From: Spizellomyces punctatus DAOM BR117 | Lineage: Eukaryota | Strand: one strand, 5' to 3' | DNA: 64,000 nucleotides | Assembly (NCBI GenBank): GCA_000182565.2 | Contig: KQ257464.1 | Shown here: positions 26,001 through 38,685 of the stretch, one piece after another | Layout of the letters: every line of letters begins with the position of its first letter | Position numbering within the stretch: position 1 is the stretch's first letter | The notes under the pieces: model-generated | The model's input: only the letters and a program-made list of their open reading frames with translations | Told to the model about the DNA's origin: nothing | Databases searched by the model: none | Translations under genes and position numbers: made by a program

Positions 26001-27560
26001 TTACCAAGAGTAAAGGCTAAAATCCAGTGTTTCACATTTCTCAGTGCGGTCTCGCTTTTGAGGATTCCACCGACTACAATTTCGATTCACCGAATCCTAT
26101 TCCCCGCAACCGCCTTCTCCATTTTCAACCAAAAGTTAAACAACCCGCTGGCCTAGCCCATCTCCTTTCACCCAGCCAAAAGGTTCCGGAAGACGAAAGG
26201 CTGGCCTATCATCTAGCGCGACACATCAAATCACTCGGCCCAAGTTCAAAACTCGCCCGTCTCGATACCAGCAGCGCCGCATTGTGCACCGTTGCGGCGC
26301 ACTACAATGCCACAGGTCGCTATGAGGAAGCGCGACTATACGCCCAAGCCGCTGTATCAGCATCCACTGGTAACTCGTGCCTAGCCGGATTAGCCATGGG
26401 ACAGCTCATTGAGGCTGTCTGTGGGACCATATTTGATGAGACGCAGATGACTTCACTGTATCAACAGGCTGTAGAGATTGTTACCTGGGCATGTGGAATT
26501 GATCATCCGGTATTGATGGCGTTGCATGATAGGGTTGCTGGAGTATATGCGGGGAATGAGAGGTGGGAAGATGCATTGGAATATTACGGGAGAAGTCTAG
26601 GCATTGCAGAAAAAGCTCTGGGGAAGAATCATCTTGTTACGGCTGGGTACTTGGTCAAGGTGGGTCAATTCAAGGAAGGATCATTCGCACGCACTGGAGA
26701 TTACGCATGTATGCTAATATTTTGAAATGCTATAGATTGGTATCATTCATCACACTATCCAAAATCCGGTGATCGCCATCCAACGCTTTACCGAGGCCCT
26801 ACACCTTTATCAGGGACTGAATGCCCCATTGCCATTGCTGGCCCACCTTCACCACCACTTTGCACAACCCCTAGCAGAGCGGGGCGATTTAGATACTGCC
26901 ATCATGCACGCGCAAAGGGCGCGTAAGATGTACGAAAAATGCTTGGGGCAGGCAGACCCCCGAACCGTAGAGACTTATCGGCAGGTCGCAAAGCTTGTTT
27001 TAACTCCGTATGCAGAATACGAGGGTGTTCTGACACCTGTTATTCGAGCGGCTTATAAAGAGGCGATTGGTTGTTATGAAAAGATTTTTAGATACGTAAA
27101 GGGATCTCGTAGTGGGAAGGAATCCGCCTCATTGTTGTTGCCTCTCGGCACACATTCGAGCAATTCCGCCAAGCACCCACCATCACCCCCTCTTCTTGGC
27201 ACTACGTCCCATCCAACACCTATAACCGGCCCACTCATCCAACCTCATCAAATCCCACTCCCGACACATCCCCGCAGCCTGCTTCACAAACTTACGCGCC
27301 AAATTATTTCACTAAAACTGCGTCTTGTGGATTCCCCTCAACATCGGGAAGTCGTCCGTACCCTGCGCGCCGCAAATGTGGACAAGAACCTCGAGGCACA
27401 AGAGGCCAGAGCGGTTGTATTGAGGCTGGCAGCCGTTAGTCCGAGTGTTTACCTGGACGGAGTGCTGGCCAGAATTGAAGAAGAAGATGCGAGTGCTGTT
27501 GAAGAGCTGGGTGTTGTGCTGATGCTGACGGAAGGGGAAGTCGTTGGGTTAGCGGGGTGA
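23099..27560 (+). CDS. PH domain + CLU (clustered-mitochondria-type) domain + TPR-repeat protein
   Basis: PH: HGWVLKKGKTGFITHWRLKYLVL...FYFAAQTKGERDDWL. CLU-like: WNERYQ, NELRAINA, VLIDYKGFRVVA, LNLKPHTV, RLRPEFL...PLTSDAF, MHCSGVNVRYLG, EMVARAFK. Kinesin-light-chain-like TPRs: ALEYYGRSLGIAEKALGKNHLVTA. Confidence 0.8.
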
Positions 27561-27891
27561 TGAAGATAATTTGTTGGAAGGAAGCGGCGGAAGTAACCTG
27601 GGCCTCAGCAGGATTGAGACCAAACGGGACAGAAAGTCAACTTTTTGAAGAAATATAGAGCGAAAATTGATGGGAATTCTTAATGAATATTAGATGTAAA
27701 GCGGATAGGAAAGTAGAAAGCTTGTAAAACGGGGTTAATTGCCCATAGCGATAATTACATAAAATCACTACTCAACCTTGAACAGACATCCCAACATTAA
27801 AGACAAAACTAAAGGAATTGCTGGAAAAAGTCGTGTGTATCAGTTGTCTAGAATTACTATGTACAAGTTCTTCAAAACGACTAGTTTGAAT

Positions 27892-29825
27892 CTAAATCCA
27901 TACGTCGCCAGCACATCCATTTTCACCAGCAAATAATCCAGCTCTAACAGCCAAAAACGGCGCAACAGAGCTAACCATAACCAGCAAAATAATTGAAAAC
28001 GCAATACCGGCTCTCAGTCTTGGTACGCCCATCCTAACACAGTCTCCATACGCAACTCCTTTCACAAGGCGTTCTTCCAGGATGCAGCACCCGAGGTGAA
28101 CTAGCACACAAACGAGTAGCGACACACCGCTCCTCCAGAAAATTTCTATTTTTGTAAACATACTTATACCGCCCCGTTTAAGATCACAGACTGCGTCTGT
28201 GGATATATTTGGTTGGTAAGGGTGCGAGCTAACAGTGGAGAAACAGATTGTGGCAACTAGAGCTGATAAACGAGCGAGAGCATCAGCAACCATACGGGAA
28301 ATGCGCTCGCGCGCCCACCATATGTTGGCCGTACTGAGTTGGCTCTGGAGGATAACGGGGGATGCTGGAACTGACTGCTGTGACTGAACCGAATGTCTCG
28401 ATTTTCGAGATTGGGATTTACTTGCTCTCTGGGGGGATGCATCTACACTCCGTTTGTCCTCTTCTTCCATATTCGTACTCAGAACTTTTTGCACATGTTC
28501 GCTTTCCTCCTCGACAATCCGCTCTTTCACAGCATGCTCTCCGCTCGCCGACCATAGTCCTGCTATCCATCTCCTACGCCTCTCTGCCTCTAAAGTCCTC
28601 CAAATCATTTCCAATCCACCATCTGCAATGGTTGCAAGAAAGAAACTGATCTTTGACGGTCCGCGGAGCATGTTCATCAGACCCACAACACTGTAATGGG
28701 CATCATACCCAAGGTGACGGAGATACATCATGTTTTCCGGGGCTTGGTCAAGATATGTTCCTAACGCAGGTGTAAAGGCCACATAGCCGTGTAAAAGGAT
28801 GTGTCTAACAATGGGGTAAATCAGTCCGTTGAAAATCACATTAAGGGCTTGGGAGCCAATGCTGCTTGTCGCAGATCCTGCAAGGTACGTTGCTCCACAA
28901 AAGAGGAGCCTGTTTTTTGACCATCTTTCGCGATCAGTCTAACTAGGTCATCAAGAGTAGCCACAAATGAAACCCACCAAGAAGCGGCTGCAAAAAAGGT
29001 ATAGCTAACACACTCTAAGAGCGCTCTCGGAATTCGTACGCGCATCGGGAGGTTTCTCAGATGGGCGTTGAACGCGATAAAGTAACCGGCGCAGATTGTC
29101 CCCACTGGGAACATGATCAACGAAACCGCCACAGGAACATTCGTGACATAAGTCCCAAATCCCCAAAAAATGAGCAACTCTCCGCTGAAAAATACTACAG
29201 TAGTGATGATGCGTACTCTCCAAGGACTTGGTTGCCCAAGGAGAGCTAATCCTGTCAAAAGAGTCGGGCTGAGGTTTCTAAATGGTATTGTGAGCTTTTC
29301 CCAATACGTCAGATAATCAGCAATCGTGTCCGAACCTCACCTTGGTAGCCACCAAGCCCACCCAGCCCAAAGAAGCTGCGCCCTTCTGCGCTGTTGCTCT
29401 TCCGACCGATCAAAATGGTACACTTTCCCAATCCAGGCACAAACAATGACAATTGTAATAGGGATGCTCAATAAAATTGCACTCAAGCCTACTTTCGCAA
29501 GACATAGACCGATACCAGATATTGAAGGTCCCCAGGGAACAAATGACGGCGGCCCGGTTGTAGTAGTCATGGTGGTACCCCCTCCAGCAGATGTCGATCC
29601 ACGAAGTATCGTTCCCAGGGCTGTCTCATTTGAGAAGGGATTTAATTTCAGTTTCTTCTTCAAAAGGGATCGAGTTAAACTGGAACAGTTTTCCGGTCGT
29701 GTCAGAGTTGGTATAGAGGACCCCTCAGTCGGGAACTTTGCAATAGCGAGTTGACTAGTCTTTATGGTGGCCACCCCTTCTTCAAGCTTTGTAGCGGGTG
29801 CGTCATTTTGTGCACAGGGTAGCAT
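27892..29825 (-). CDS. Multi-pass membrane protein of unknown function (3 or more exons; start uncertain)
   Basis: Three hydrophobic ORFs (29337-29825, 28836-29258, 27892-28839) can be joined by introns (GTGAGG...TTTAG near 29340-29278; acceptor TTGCAG near 28878). Roughly 8-10 hydrophobic segments. Confidence 0.6.
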
Positions 29826-30320
29826 AGACAGCGAACGTTCTGCTGGTAAGTATAACGTTCACAGCTGGGAGAACTATCAAAGTTAAGCAAGGCTACCTCA
29901 AAAGCAGAAGACACGAAGGGTCCTCTTATAATGTTGTTATTTGTATTTGGGCGTGATGCCAACAAAAGTTTAGCTTTTTGCAAACAATAACCTGGAAATA
30001 TGATATTTACCCATGGAGGAAGTTCACCAGCTCGATGGGGCGTGTTTATTGAGTATTCAAGTATTCATATCTCTATTTAAGGTCGGCATACCCTCCTGGA
30101 TCCTCAAAACCCCGACGGAGAGACGATCGGATTACGAGATCCTCGGCTCACGTGCGTGACCATGCCTACAGTGGCACAGTTCCAAAGTCTAAGATGCACT
30201 ACGAATGTGACAGCTCCGCACGCTCTTCCTTCACAACTTAAACGTAGATCAGGCCGAATGAAACAACGATAAAGACTTGCGGAAAGCAAAAAGTTCACAA
30301 ATTATTGACTCCAGGCTATA

Positions 30321-33300
30321 ATGCGGGTGGACGCCGTTACCAAACGGCAATTTGCATTTGCGGTCCTGGTTGGGATCTGGGGCCTCAAGATTCACCATGT
30401 CATCTTGCACCTCAAGGGGACGCAAATTCTTAGTCATGTGCACCTGGGAACATGGTGTCTCTTGGACACTCTGTACTTCTTTGGCCTCTGGTTGCTGAGA
30501 ATCGAATGGCTGGACTTTCGTTTTATCGTTTGCGCGGCGTTGACCTTTGCATCTTGCATGATTGATATGGGACTCGCGGGCCTAGTTGTAAGTACTGTGA
30601 TAGAAGCGGGAGGAACTGGAACAAAAATGATAGTATAGGGAAGATTGGGTACTTTTCTTAGTGATCATAATAACATTTTGGCACACTCTGGGTTTTAGAC
30701 TGAACGAACCGCTCAAGATACCTTCACTGGGCGATATAGACAACCTGGTGTCGTGGATCATCCACACATTCGAGCAGGTATTCAAATGCCGACTTGATGT
30801 ATTGAAAATTTAGCGTGTGAACGCTAACGTACTTCACTGGAACAGACATCTTCAATGAGTCGCATCTATTGGGATCTCATGTCGTGCACGTCCTTCCCCC
30901 TACCTTCGCAAAGATTAATCCCAATGCATCAGCATTTTGCTTGGGGTTCACTGAAAAATCTGCCGATATCCCGGTAAAAATAAAAGGAACCCCACCATGG
31001 AAGATTTCCTATGAGTACTACGGTTTCGACGGGAGTTACCGGCTCTTTGACAACATTACCGTTGAAGGTTCAGGTCCTGTCCCAGCTACCGTCAGTAAGA
31101 AGGAAACCAGGATTGGAGTATATACGATTCCTGCTGATAAGCCAGGAATCTATCGTCTCGTGTCTGTAAGGGAAAAGCGACATAAGCTGGAGGATGAGGG
31201 CAAAGTGCTGCAACCGGACATGGTTGAGGTGGTACAGTGTCCTCAGGCTCGGCTGGTTGTACCACCAAAGGACAGCGGGAAGGAGGCAGTGGACAGATGT
31301 GTCGATCAAACATATTCGCTCAACATTCTCCTGTCTGGTACTCCTCCGTTCACTGCTTGGTACCTTCGGAAAATCGGGCCGACACCTTCGCTAGTTATGA
31401 TTGAGAGTGGAGAACAAGATGGAAAACAAGAAGGGAAGATAAAATCGTCGCGCACTATACCCCACGATGTGCTGAAACGATTGCTAGCTGCTCGGACACG
31501 CGACATATCGTTGCCTGTTGAAGTCAAGGTAGAAGAAGCAACGGAGTACTTGCACAAAATTGTAGAGGTCACAGACGGGCGTAACAATAGTGTCATTTTT
31601 CCGCCAACAAGTGAACGTGACGTGCCCGTAACTGGTCATGTCGTGAAGGCAGATCGCTCTGGGGACTCTTTCCTTTTAAGGGGCCATTCACTGCCGTCGG
31701 CCCGCTTCGATCGGTGCGAGTCCGTCAGAATACGGAGCGGATTCGAACACGAAGGTGCTACCATAAATATTCTATTGACGGGAGTCGGGCCTTGGCAACT
31801 TCGATACGCTAGATCTGCATCGGAGGAGAACGCAGTTGCTGGCAAATTCGAGAGCGAGAAGACAGTTAAAGATATCCAGAATCCCCAGTTCAACCTTGTC
31901 GTTCACGAGCCTGGCGTCTATGTCTTGCTCTCCGTTTCTGACAAATACTGTTCTGGTGTCACTGAGCTTCCCGCTACATGCATTGTTCAAAAAACACTAC
32001 CGCCTCAGATTTCCATCTCGGCTCAGCCAATTATGCAAGAATGTTTCGGGGCGACTGGCATGGATGTGAATTTCTCCATGACGGGCGAGCCGCCATTCTG
32101 GGTGGAGCTTCAAGTAGTCAATAAGGTTACTGGAAAGCGTGCAGTGGAACGGAAAGACTTTTCTAAAGCACTGCACACATTAAGAATGCAGCCACAGGAA
32201 CCTGGTGAATATGAATATGTTTTTTTGAAGGTGAGTCTCCAGGGATCTTTGCATGCATAATTTGCATTGTGGGTTCACATGTCATGTTATCGGTAGATTG
32301 GTGACGCGGTCTACACAATGGGAGTTCCCGTGGAGGGCATAAGCTTTAAGCAGGTCATTCACACGCCGTCGAGAGTGTCCGTCGTCTCGGCAGACGGTAA
32401 ACGGTGTATTGGAGATTCTGCTAAGGTTGAAGTGAGCCTAGCGGGAGAGCCCCCATGGTCGCTGTCGTACGAAATTACGAGGGGAACAACCAAGACGCAA
32501 TACACGAAGTCGAATATCACTCAAGACAGAATCGTTATTGAGACACCGACGTTGGATAGCCCTGGGACATATGTTGTGGACCTGACAGGTACGCTCGCCG
32601 TGGGTCAATGTGTGTAGGGGTATCGTCATCCTTATTTTCTTTTTCAAACAGAAATTAGGGACGGAAATGGTTGTGTAGCACCGGTGCCGACCGACCCAAT
32701 AGCAATCGAGGTACTATCGCAGCGACCTAGCGCTCACTTCCATTGCCCGAAGCCTATTCATTTCCTGGAAAACGACCGAGCAAAGATTCCTGTCGTAGTA
32801 TCAGGACAGTAAGTTACGACTAAATCTGTTGGGTGATATACACGTCCACATGTTAACCTAATTCACTCTGCAGTGGAAAGTACATGCTAAAGTATAAGAG
32901 GGCTGCCCCTCCTGGCGCTGAATATACCATTACTGGGGACAGAACTATTGAAGGCGTCACTGTGAGTAAAAGTTGCCCTCTCGAATGGTGCCATCAGGGT
33001 TGACTAAACCCTTTCAAAGATCTCGGAGCCAGGAATATATGAGTTGACAGCATTTAATGACGCCTATTGTTCGGGAAGAGTTGTAGAACCAACTAAATGC
33101 CAAGGTGGGCTTGAGCGTACTAAGTTTCAAAAAGTCGGGAAGCTCATTTGATATCTCCTTTTCTAGCCTTCACGATCCCAAAACCGAAGCTGGAGATACC
33201 TCCAACTGAATATGAAATTGCTGCAGATCATACTCTTCAGCGTAAAGCCGTTTGCGAGAACTCACCTGACAGGCTGGAATTGCACTTGAACGGGACACCT

Positions 33301-34581
33301 CCTTTTACGATATTCTACACACATGAGTGGCAGTCTCCGAGCAAGGAACGCACCGAGTCGAAAAAGACAGCAATCAGCGAATACGAAAACCGTGTCGCAC
33401 AGCAGTTTGCGAGGATCAGCTTGGTCACGGACAAACCGGGACGTCATATCTACAAGTTCACTGGAATTGCGGATGGTAATTACCAAACGCGGATTCCTCT
33501 TCACCACCAAAACGTTTTGCAACAGGTCCACGAGAGACCAAAGGCAGTGTTTTTGGATGAGGCTCAACGGACGTTCCAATGCATAGCGACCGAAACTGAT
33601 ACTGAACTGCGAATTCAACTGACTGGAAGTCCTCCTTTCAACCTTCAAGTCTACCGCAAGCATCCGTCATCGTCGGACCCCGAGATTCTCAATTTACAAG
33701 TCAATACGACATTGTTCACCTACCGTCCTGAGAAGCCAACCATCATAGGACGGTATGTTTATACCATCAAATCCATCTCTGATCGAACCGGATGCGAATC
33801 GGTATATGAAGGCACGGAACCCGGAGCCCAAGTCACAGTTCAAGTAACGGATATGGCCCGAATTACAATGGAGCACGAACAAAAGGTGACATGCGTCGGT
33901 GACATGCTGTCGTACACACTGGAAGGAACGGCCCCTTTTACCATTGGATATCAATGGAATGGTGTGTCCAAACCAGATATTACAGTCAATGACCCTGTGT
34001 TGATGCTGCTTGCCGCTGAATCCGGTTTTGTGAATGTGACACGGGTTTGTAATGCCATGAAGTGCTGTTATCAACCTCCTGGAGGGCTTGTCAAGGAAGT
34101 AAATCCCTTGCCAAGAGCGATTGTGGATGGGGGAATTGATATCATTGATGACATTCGAGAAGGTGTGACTCTCATTATTGCTTGAATGGATGCGAATGAT
34201 TTGGTGACTCACGTTATTCGATGCTTCCTAGGTGATGAGTCGGTGATAGGAGTAGAGTTTGAAGGAACTGCTCCTTTCAGTTTCCGATATACCCGCACAC
34301 CGTTGCTAGATCCTGAGGTTCAGCGACGAGACCCCGACGAGTCATTTACGATTGAGAATATATTTAGCAATAAGGTGAGAAGATACGTGGTAGACTTCAT
34401 GTCGGACCGGATTTCTAATTAGCAACGATTCTTGTCTTCCCAGTACCTACTCACTACGGATAAAGAAGGCCTTTTCCGCGTTACTTGGGTGAAAGACCGG
34501 TTCTGTGAGTTCCCTCCGAAAAAATGGGCCGATCCAAAAGCTGCAAATGTACTTTTGAGAGGGAGCAAGAAGCGAGATTAG
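30321..34581 (+). CDS. POM152: Nuclear pore membrane glycoprotein Pom152 (first exon uncertain, may start near 30162)
   Basis: N-terminal DAVTKRQFA plus transmembrane segments, then SHVVHVLPPTFAKINP. Repeated Ig-like units follow (KGTPPWKISY, SGTPPFT, TGVGPWQLRY, TGEPPFWV, AGEPPWSLSY, EGTAPFTIGY, EGTAPFSFRYTR). The last exon reads EGLFRVTWVKDRFCEFP to TAG at 34581. Confidence 0.9.
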
Positions 34582-36351
34582 GCGATGTATATTCGTAGAC
34601 ATTGTACTTTGGTGGGCGGTTGTTTATGGTTTGCATATAATTTTGACCATTGCTTTGGTGGTGCATGTTGAGATGGGTATTATATATAGGACGATGTGAG
34701 ATATTTATGACCATAAAGCATGGTATTCATGTGGGCTAGCGAAAGGATGGCACGCCGTGAAATATGGCGCATGCAAACTTTTACTCTTTGATATAAATTG
34801 CTCTACTCCTTTCGTTCCAGGAGGCCTTATGCGAACAGCGGAGGGAGCTGTTCCATACAATGCGCGGACAAAGCCAAGTTTCAACGATTTGTGACTATTC
34901 ATCTATGCGCTGCATATCCGATCTTAACTTGCAAAGACCACCGAGCACCGAATCTTGGCGCTCTTGCTTTGCTCAAACCAGCTGCGAGTTCACTGGACAC
35001 TGAAGAATATTTCCGTCGGCAGGACACCTAGACACTATCCAATACATCGATGTACTGATACTATCGATGGAGTCTGTAGGTGACCATACAAGTGGTCGAA
35101 CCAAGCCCGCCCCAGAACCATGCTCCCCAACACCAAGCCTCCCAAAGCCAAGGCACAACTTGTAATGGCTGTGGAAAAGCCGTGTCATTTGGAAAGTCAA
35201 GGAGCTACGATTGTGCTAGAAAGGGTGTGCGAAGAGCATCCTTCTCGTTTTTTTGGGACTGCTGTGGAGCAGTTCCTTCTTGTAAAAAGTACATTGGGGT
35301 GATTGTGACCAGGAATGAACCAACGCAGGGTTCCTTTTTTTCAAAGAGACACTCGTCCCTGCTCGTAGAACCCTTTGAATTTCATCGCCCTTCTCGCCAT
35401 TGTCATCTCACAAGTTTCCTGAGGCTTTTACTTTTCCAAGGTTCCAATTGTCGAAAAGAAGGGTAACTTTCTCCCGTTCATCGGGATAATCCTTTCAAAG
35501 CCAATTGCTATTTTAGAGTCGATCTGGTTAACAAAAGAATACAGGGACCAATATATATGCGATGGGTAACGTGCTTTTGGACTGCTGACGGTTGATGATG
35601 TAGCGACGCAACGAACAGCAAATGGCTTTTTGTCGCTCCCGACTTTTCTGTTTTTTATATCATGTCCCGGGTCGTCCGCCTTTGCCGCAGTCTCCGATAT
35701 GCATCATAATGATGGGATGGGGGGTTGCCGTCATGAAATTCCTTCTTTCTTGGCAGTTTTTTCTGTCAATAATATTCTGGAAAGAACATGTCAAATGATA
35801 GGAACCCTAAAACAAAACACAGTTAGTCATGATGGATGGCATGCATCGTTGAGCGGCATTTATAAGATCATTGCATTGGGGGAGTTACGAAAAAAAAGGG
35901 GGAATAAGGAACAGTTTAAACAAAGAAAAAGCCTTTTCGTCTCGTCATCCTCCCTCGTTTTTCAGCCGTCGGGGCCGGGGGGGTTCCAGACTCCCGTCGG
36001 GCATCATTTTGTCCTGAGCATCTCACGAGTTTCCTCTCGTCGCTCTGACCTATTCTCTCCCCTTCGATCCCTGCTGACTTCCTTATCGTATCCAGAGTCG
36101 TATGCAGGTAACGTATGCATATACTCGTCGAACCTTCCGCACAATTTCATCTCAACTGTCAAGTGATCCCTTCCTATATATAGTTTATCTCTCTCTTTGG
36201 GTCAACTCAAATGAGTTGGTGCGTCGGGTCTTTAAAAAACTGGCTTTCATGTGCCGACCTAGATTTCGCAGTCTGTGCTGTTTGAACCAAGATACTCCTG
36301 CTACAGGATCTCTTTGCGGCACTCTCCTGCCGGACCTCCAAGACCTGCCAC

Positions 36352-37431
36352 ATGCTACGTCTCAGCACTTCAACAAAAGTCATCAGCGGACATACGCAAC
36401 AGTCACCAACTGAGCTCATTCCATCGCTGCAAAAGCCGTTGCTCAACGTCATGCCCGGTATCTCCTCCGCGGTCGTATATGACAACATTGCACCTGTCAA
36501 CCCAGCAATGGACGGGATCATGTGCAGCGCAGGTCATCCGAACGATTTCTATGAATTGGAAGATGGTGGAAATGACTTTCAAGTTTTCTGGGTGGCTGGT
36601 AATAATGGAAAGATGGACGGCCAGAACATGATCGGTTTTGCAGATGGTTCTGCTGTGGGGTATGAATATGAGTATCCACGTCCAACAGACTCAGTGTTGC
36701 AGGATGGCATGGATGAAACAAACAGCACGATGAATCTTGCACCGAAAATCGGCCTCGATAATGTGCATGATGGCGAGAGTCAGATATATCATCTGCCACC
36801 TGATTCCTCTCCGTGGACCTCAGTACCTCAACATTCTGCGACGCATGATGGATGCAGCAACACTCCCGCACCCTCCACACCGACGTTATTTTCGCCCCTT
36901 TCCGATCTCCAGTTCCCTTTCGCTGCCGTCCAGCACTTTTCACTCTCACCATCGCTGGATCCCACCATCTCCATTATCAAGCACTCAAATACGCCTCATC
37001 ATGGGGCTAGCCCCACCAATACTTCCCTGGCGCTCCGAAGAAGCACCCGCCGACGCAAACCTCCAAGCCAATCGTCATCCAACTCTCCGCGCTTCAGATG
37101 TCCTATTTTATCTTGCTCCAAAACTTTCTCCCGCCGTTTTAACTTAACCGCCCACCTCCGCACTCATGATCCGCAACGACCACGTCCCTTCAATTGTGAT
37201 CAATGCCCTAGCACATTTGTCCGCGCTCACGATTTGCTACGACATGCCAGCGTTCACAGCAACAACAAACCTTATTCTTGCCCTATATGTGAGACAAGGT
37301 TCACAAGAATGGATGCACTTAGGCGTCACGAAAAGATGGCAAAGTGTGCCTCGGGAACGAAGCGAAAAGATAGCGCGGTGGGATTATGTGAGGAATTCGA
37401 GGTGAAAGAAGAGGAGGATTTCCCTACCTGA
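36352..37431 (+). CDS. C2H2 zinc-finger transcription factor with three C-terminal fingers (first ATG at 36451)
   Basis: CPILSCSKTFSRRFNLTAHLRTH, CDQCPSTFVRAHDLLRHASVH and CPICETRFTRMDALRRHEK. A long gene-free upstream region is consistent with a regulated transcription factor. Confidence 0.88.
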   Translation: MLRLSTSTKVISGHTQQSPTELIPSLQKPLLNVMPGISSAVVYDNIAPVNPAMDGIMCSAGHPNDFYELEDGGNDFQVFWVAGNNGKMDGQNMIGFADGSAVGYEYEYPRPTDSVLQDGMDETNSTMNLAPKIGLDNVHDGESQIYHLPPDSSPWTSVPQHSATHDGCSNTPAPSTPTLFSPLSDLQFPFAAVQHFSLSPSLDPTISIIKHSNTPHHGASPTNTSLALRRSTRRRKPPSQSSSNSPRFRCPILSCSKTFSRRFNLTAHLRTHDPQRPRPFNCDQCPSTFVRAHDLLRHASVHSNNKPYSCPICETRFTRMDALRRHEKMAKCASGTKRKDSAVGLCEEFEVKEEEDFPT

Positions 37432-38635
37432 ATTATCAAGGATTGGTTCTTACTACACGAAAATCTCGATCGAGTCAAGTTGAACGTCAAGGATCTTGTG
37501 CAAGGCTCTTGTATTGTCAGCAAGTGTCTCAAATGTCTATGCGCTTTCAAAATCGTTCAAGTTGTTGGTCAAGTGGATTGTAAAGTACTTTGATCAAAAT
37601 AGCATGAGATAGTCGTCCGAATGTGATTTTTCGAGTCATGCAGCTACTGACTACCAGTATGCAAGAGGCATTAAGCCAGCGAATGGCATTTTCTATCCGA
37701 TACTTCCCAGCCTCGGTTCCACAGCCAAGTTCCTTGCTTTTATTATTCACTTTTGGTATTCGAATCTAATAGATGATGTATTGCACTGACCAGATCTGTT
37801 ACTGTATTGGGTCCTTCCAAGGGAGAAGATCCCCTAACTTTTGTTCTTTAATGACACCATCGGCTTTAGCAAAAGTTATTCTTTCATAGATCGAAGATTT
37901 CTACATACGATACTTAAATACTAATGCCCCCCAACTAGCTCTATGAATCATTGCTTCGGTCCTAGAAAACAAAGTAGGGCCACAGTTCTATTACATTATT
38001 CTAATGTATTCAAGCGTACGCCTTCTCTAAACAGGTCGTGGATCCCCAGCACTTCAACTAATGAGCTCTCTAGTTCCTCAGAAGGAAAGGACTGGCCGAC
38101 TGATAACCCTATCAGCAAAAATTACACTTGGAGCAGTGGTGCCTTGACATGAGCCTCGGGTTTCCAGATATGATGAATGAAGCAGGGGATACAATACCAT
38201 GAGCAATTTCCTAGTACAATCGTTCCTTCAATATCAGATGAAGAATACAGTGAAAATGGATAGGCAACAACAACAACAAGTAAAATTCAAACACTCAACA
38301 TTGCTGGATTCCAATTGCAGGTCAGGGTTTGGATGCGTCTTCGTAGGTAGGACAAGGCTTGGAGGTCAAACTGCCACAAAACAGCTCACCATCTGTCGAA
38401 ACAAGTCACGGCTGACCTCTTACACTAATATCAACTTGTCTAAAGCACTGGTAGCCAGACATTAAGAACTCTGTCGAGTCATGCCAACGAGAGTGTACCA
38501 CTTCCATCATACAGATATCAAAATAATTCGTCATCTTACAAACTGATCACAGTATTCCACAACGGATTCCTTTAGTACGCAGGGTACGTACGGTTGTAGT
38601 TGGCTATTCGCTATTTGGCTGGAACATTTGGGAAG

Positions 38636-38685
38636 TCACGGACTAATCAGCCTTTCGTGCTCACGGACTAATCAGCCTTTCGTGC
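38636..38685. repeat. Perfect 25-bp direct tandem duplication
   Basis: TCACGGACTAATCAGCCTTTCGTGC occurs at 38636-38660 and again at 38661-38685. Confidence 0.95.

Noticed and set aside
28836-28950. Apparent frameshift or ATGTGA overlap between two membrane-protein ORFs
   Set aside because: Better explained by an intron ending at TTGCAG than by programmed frameshifting or translational coupling.
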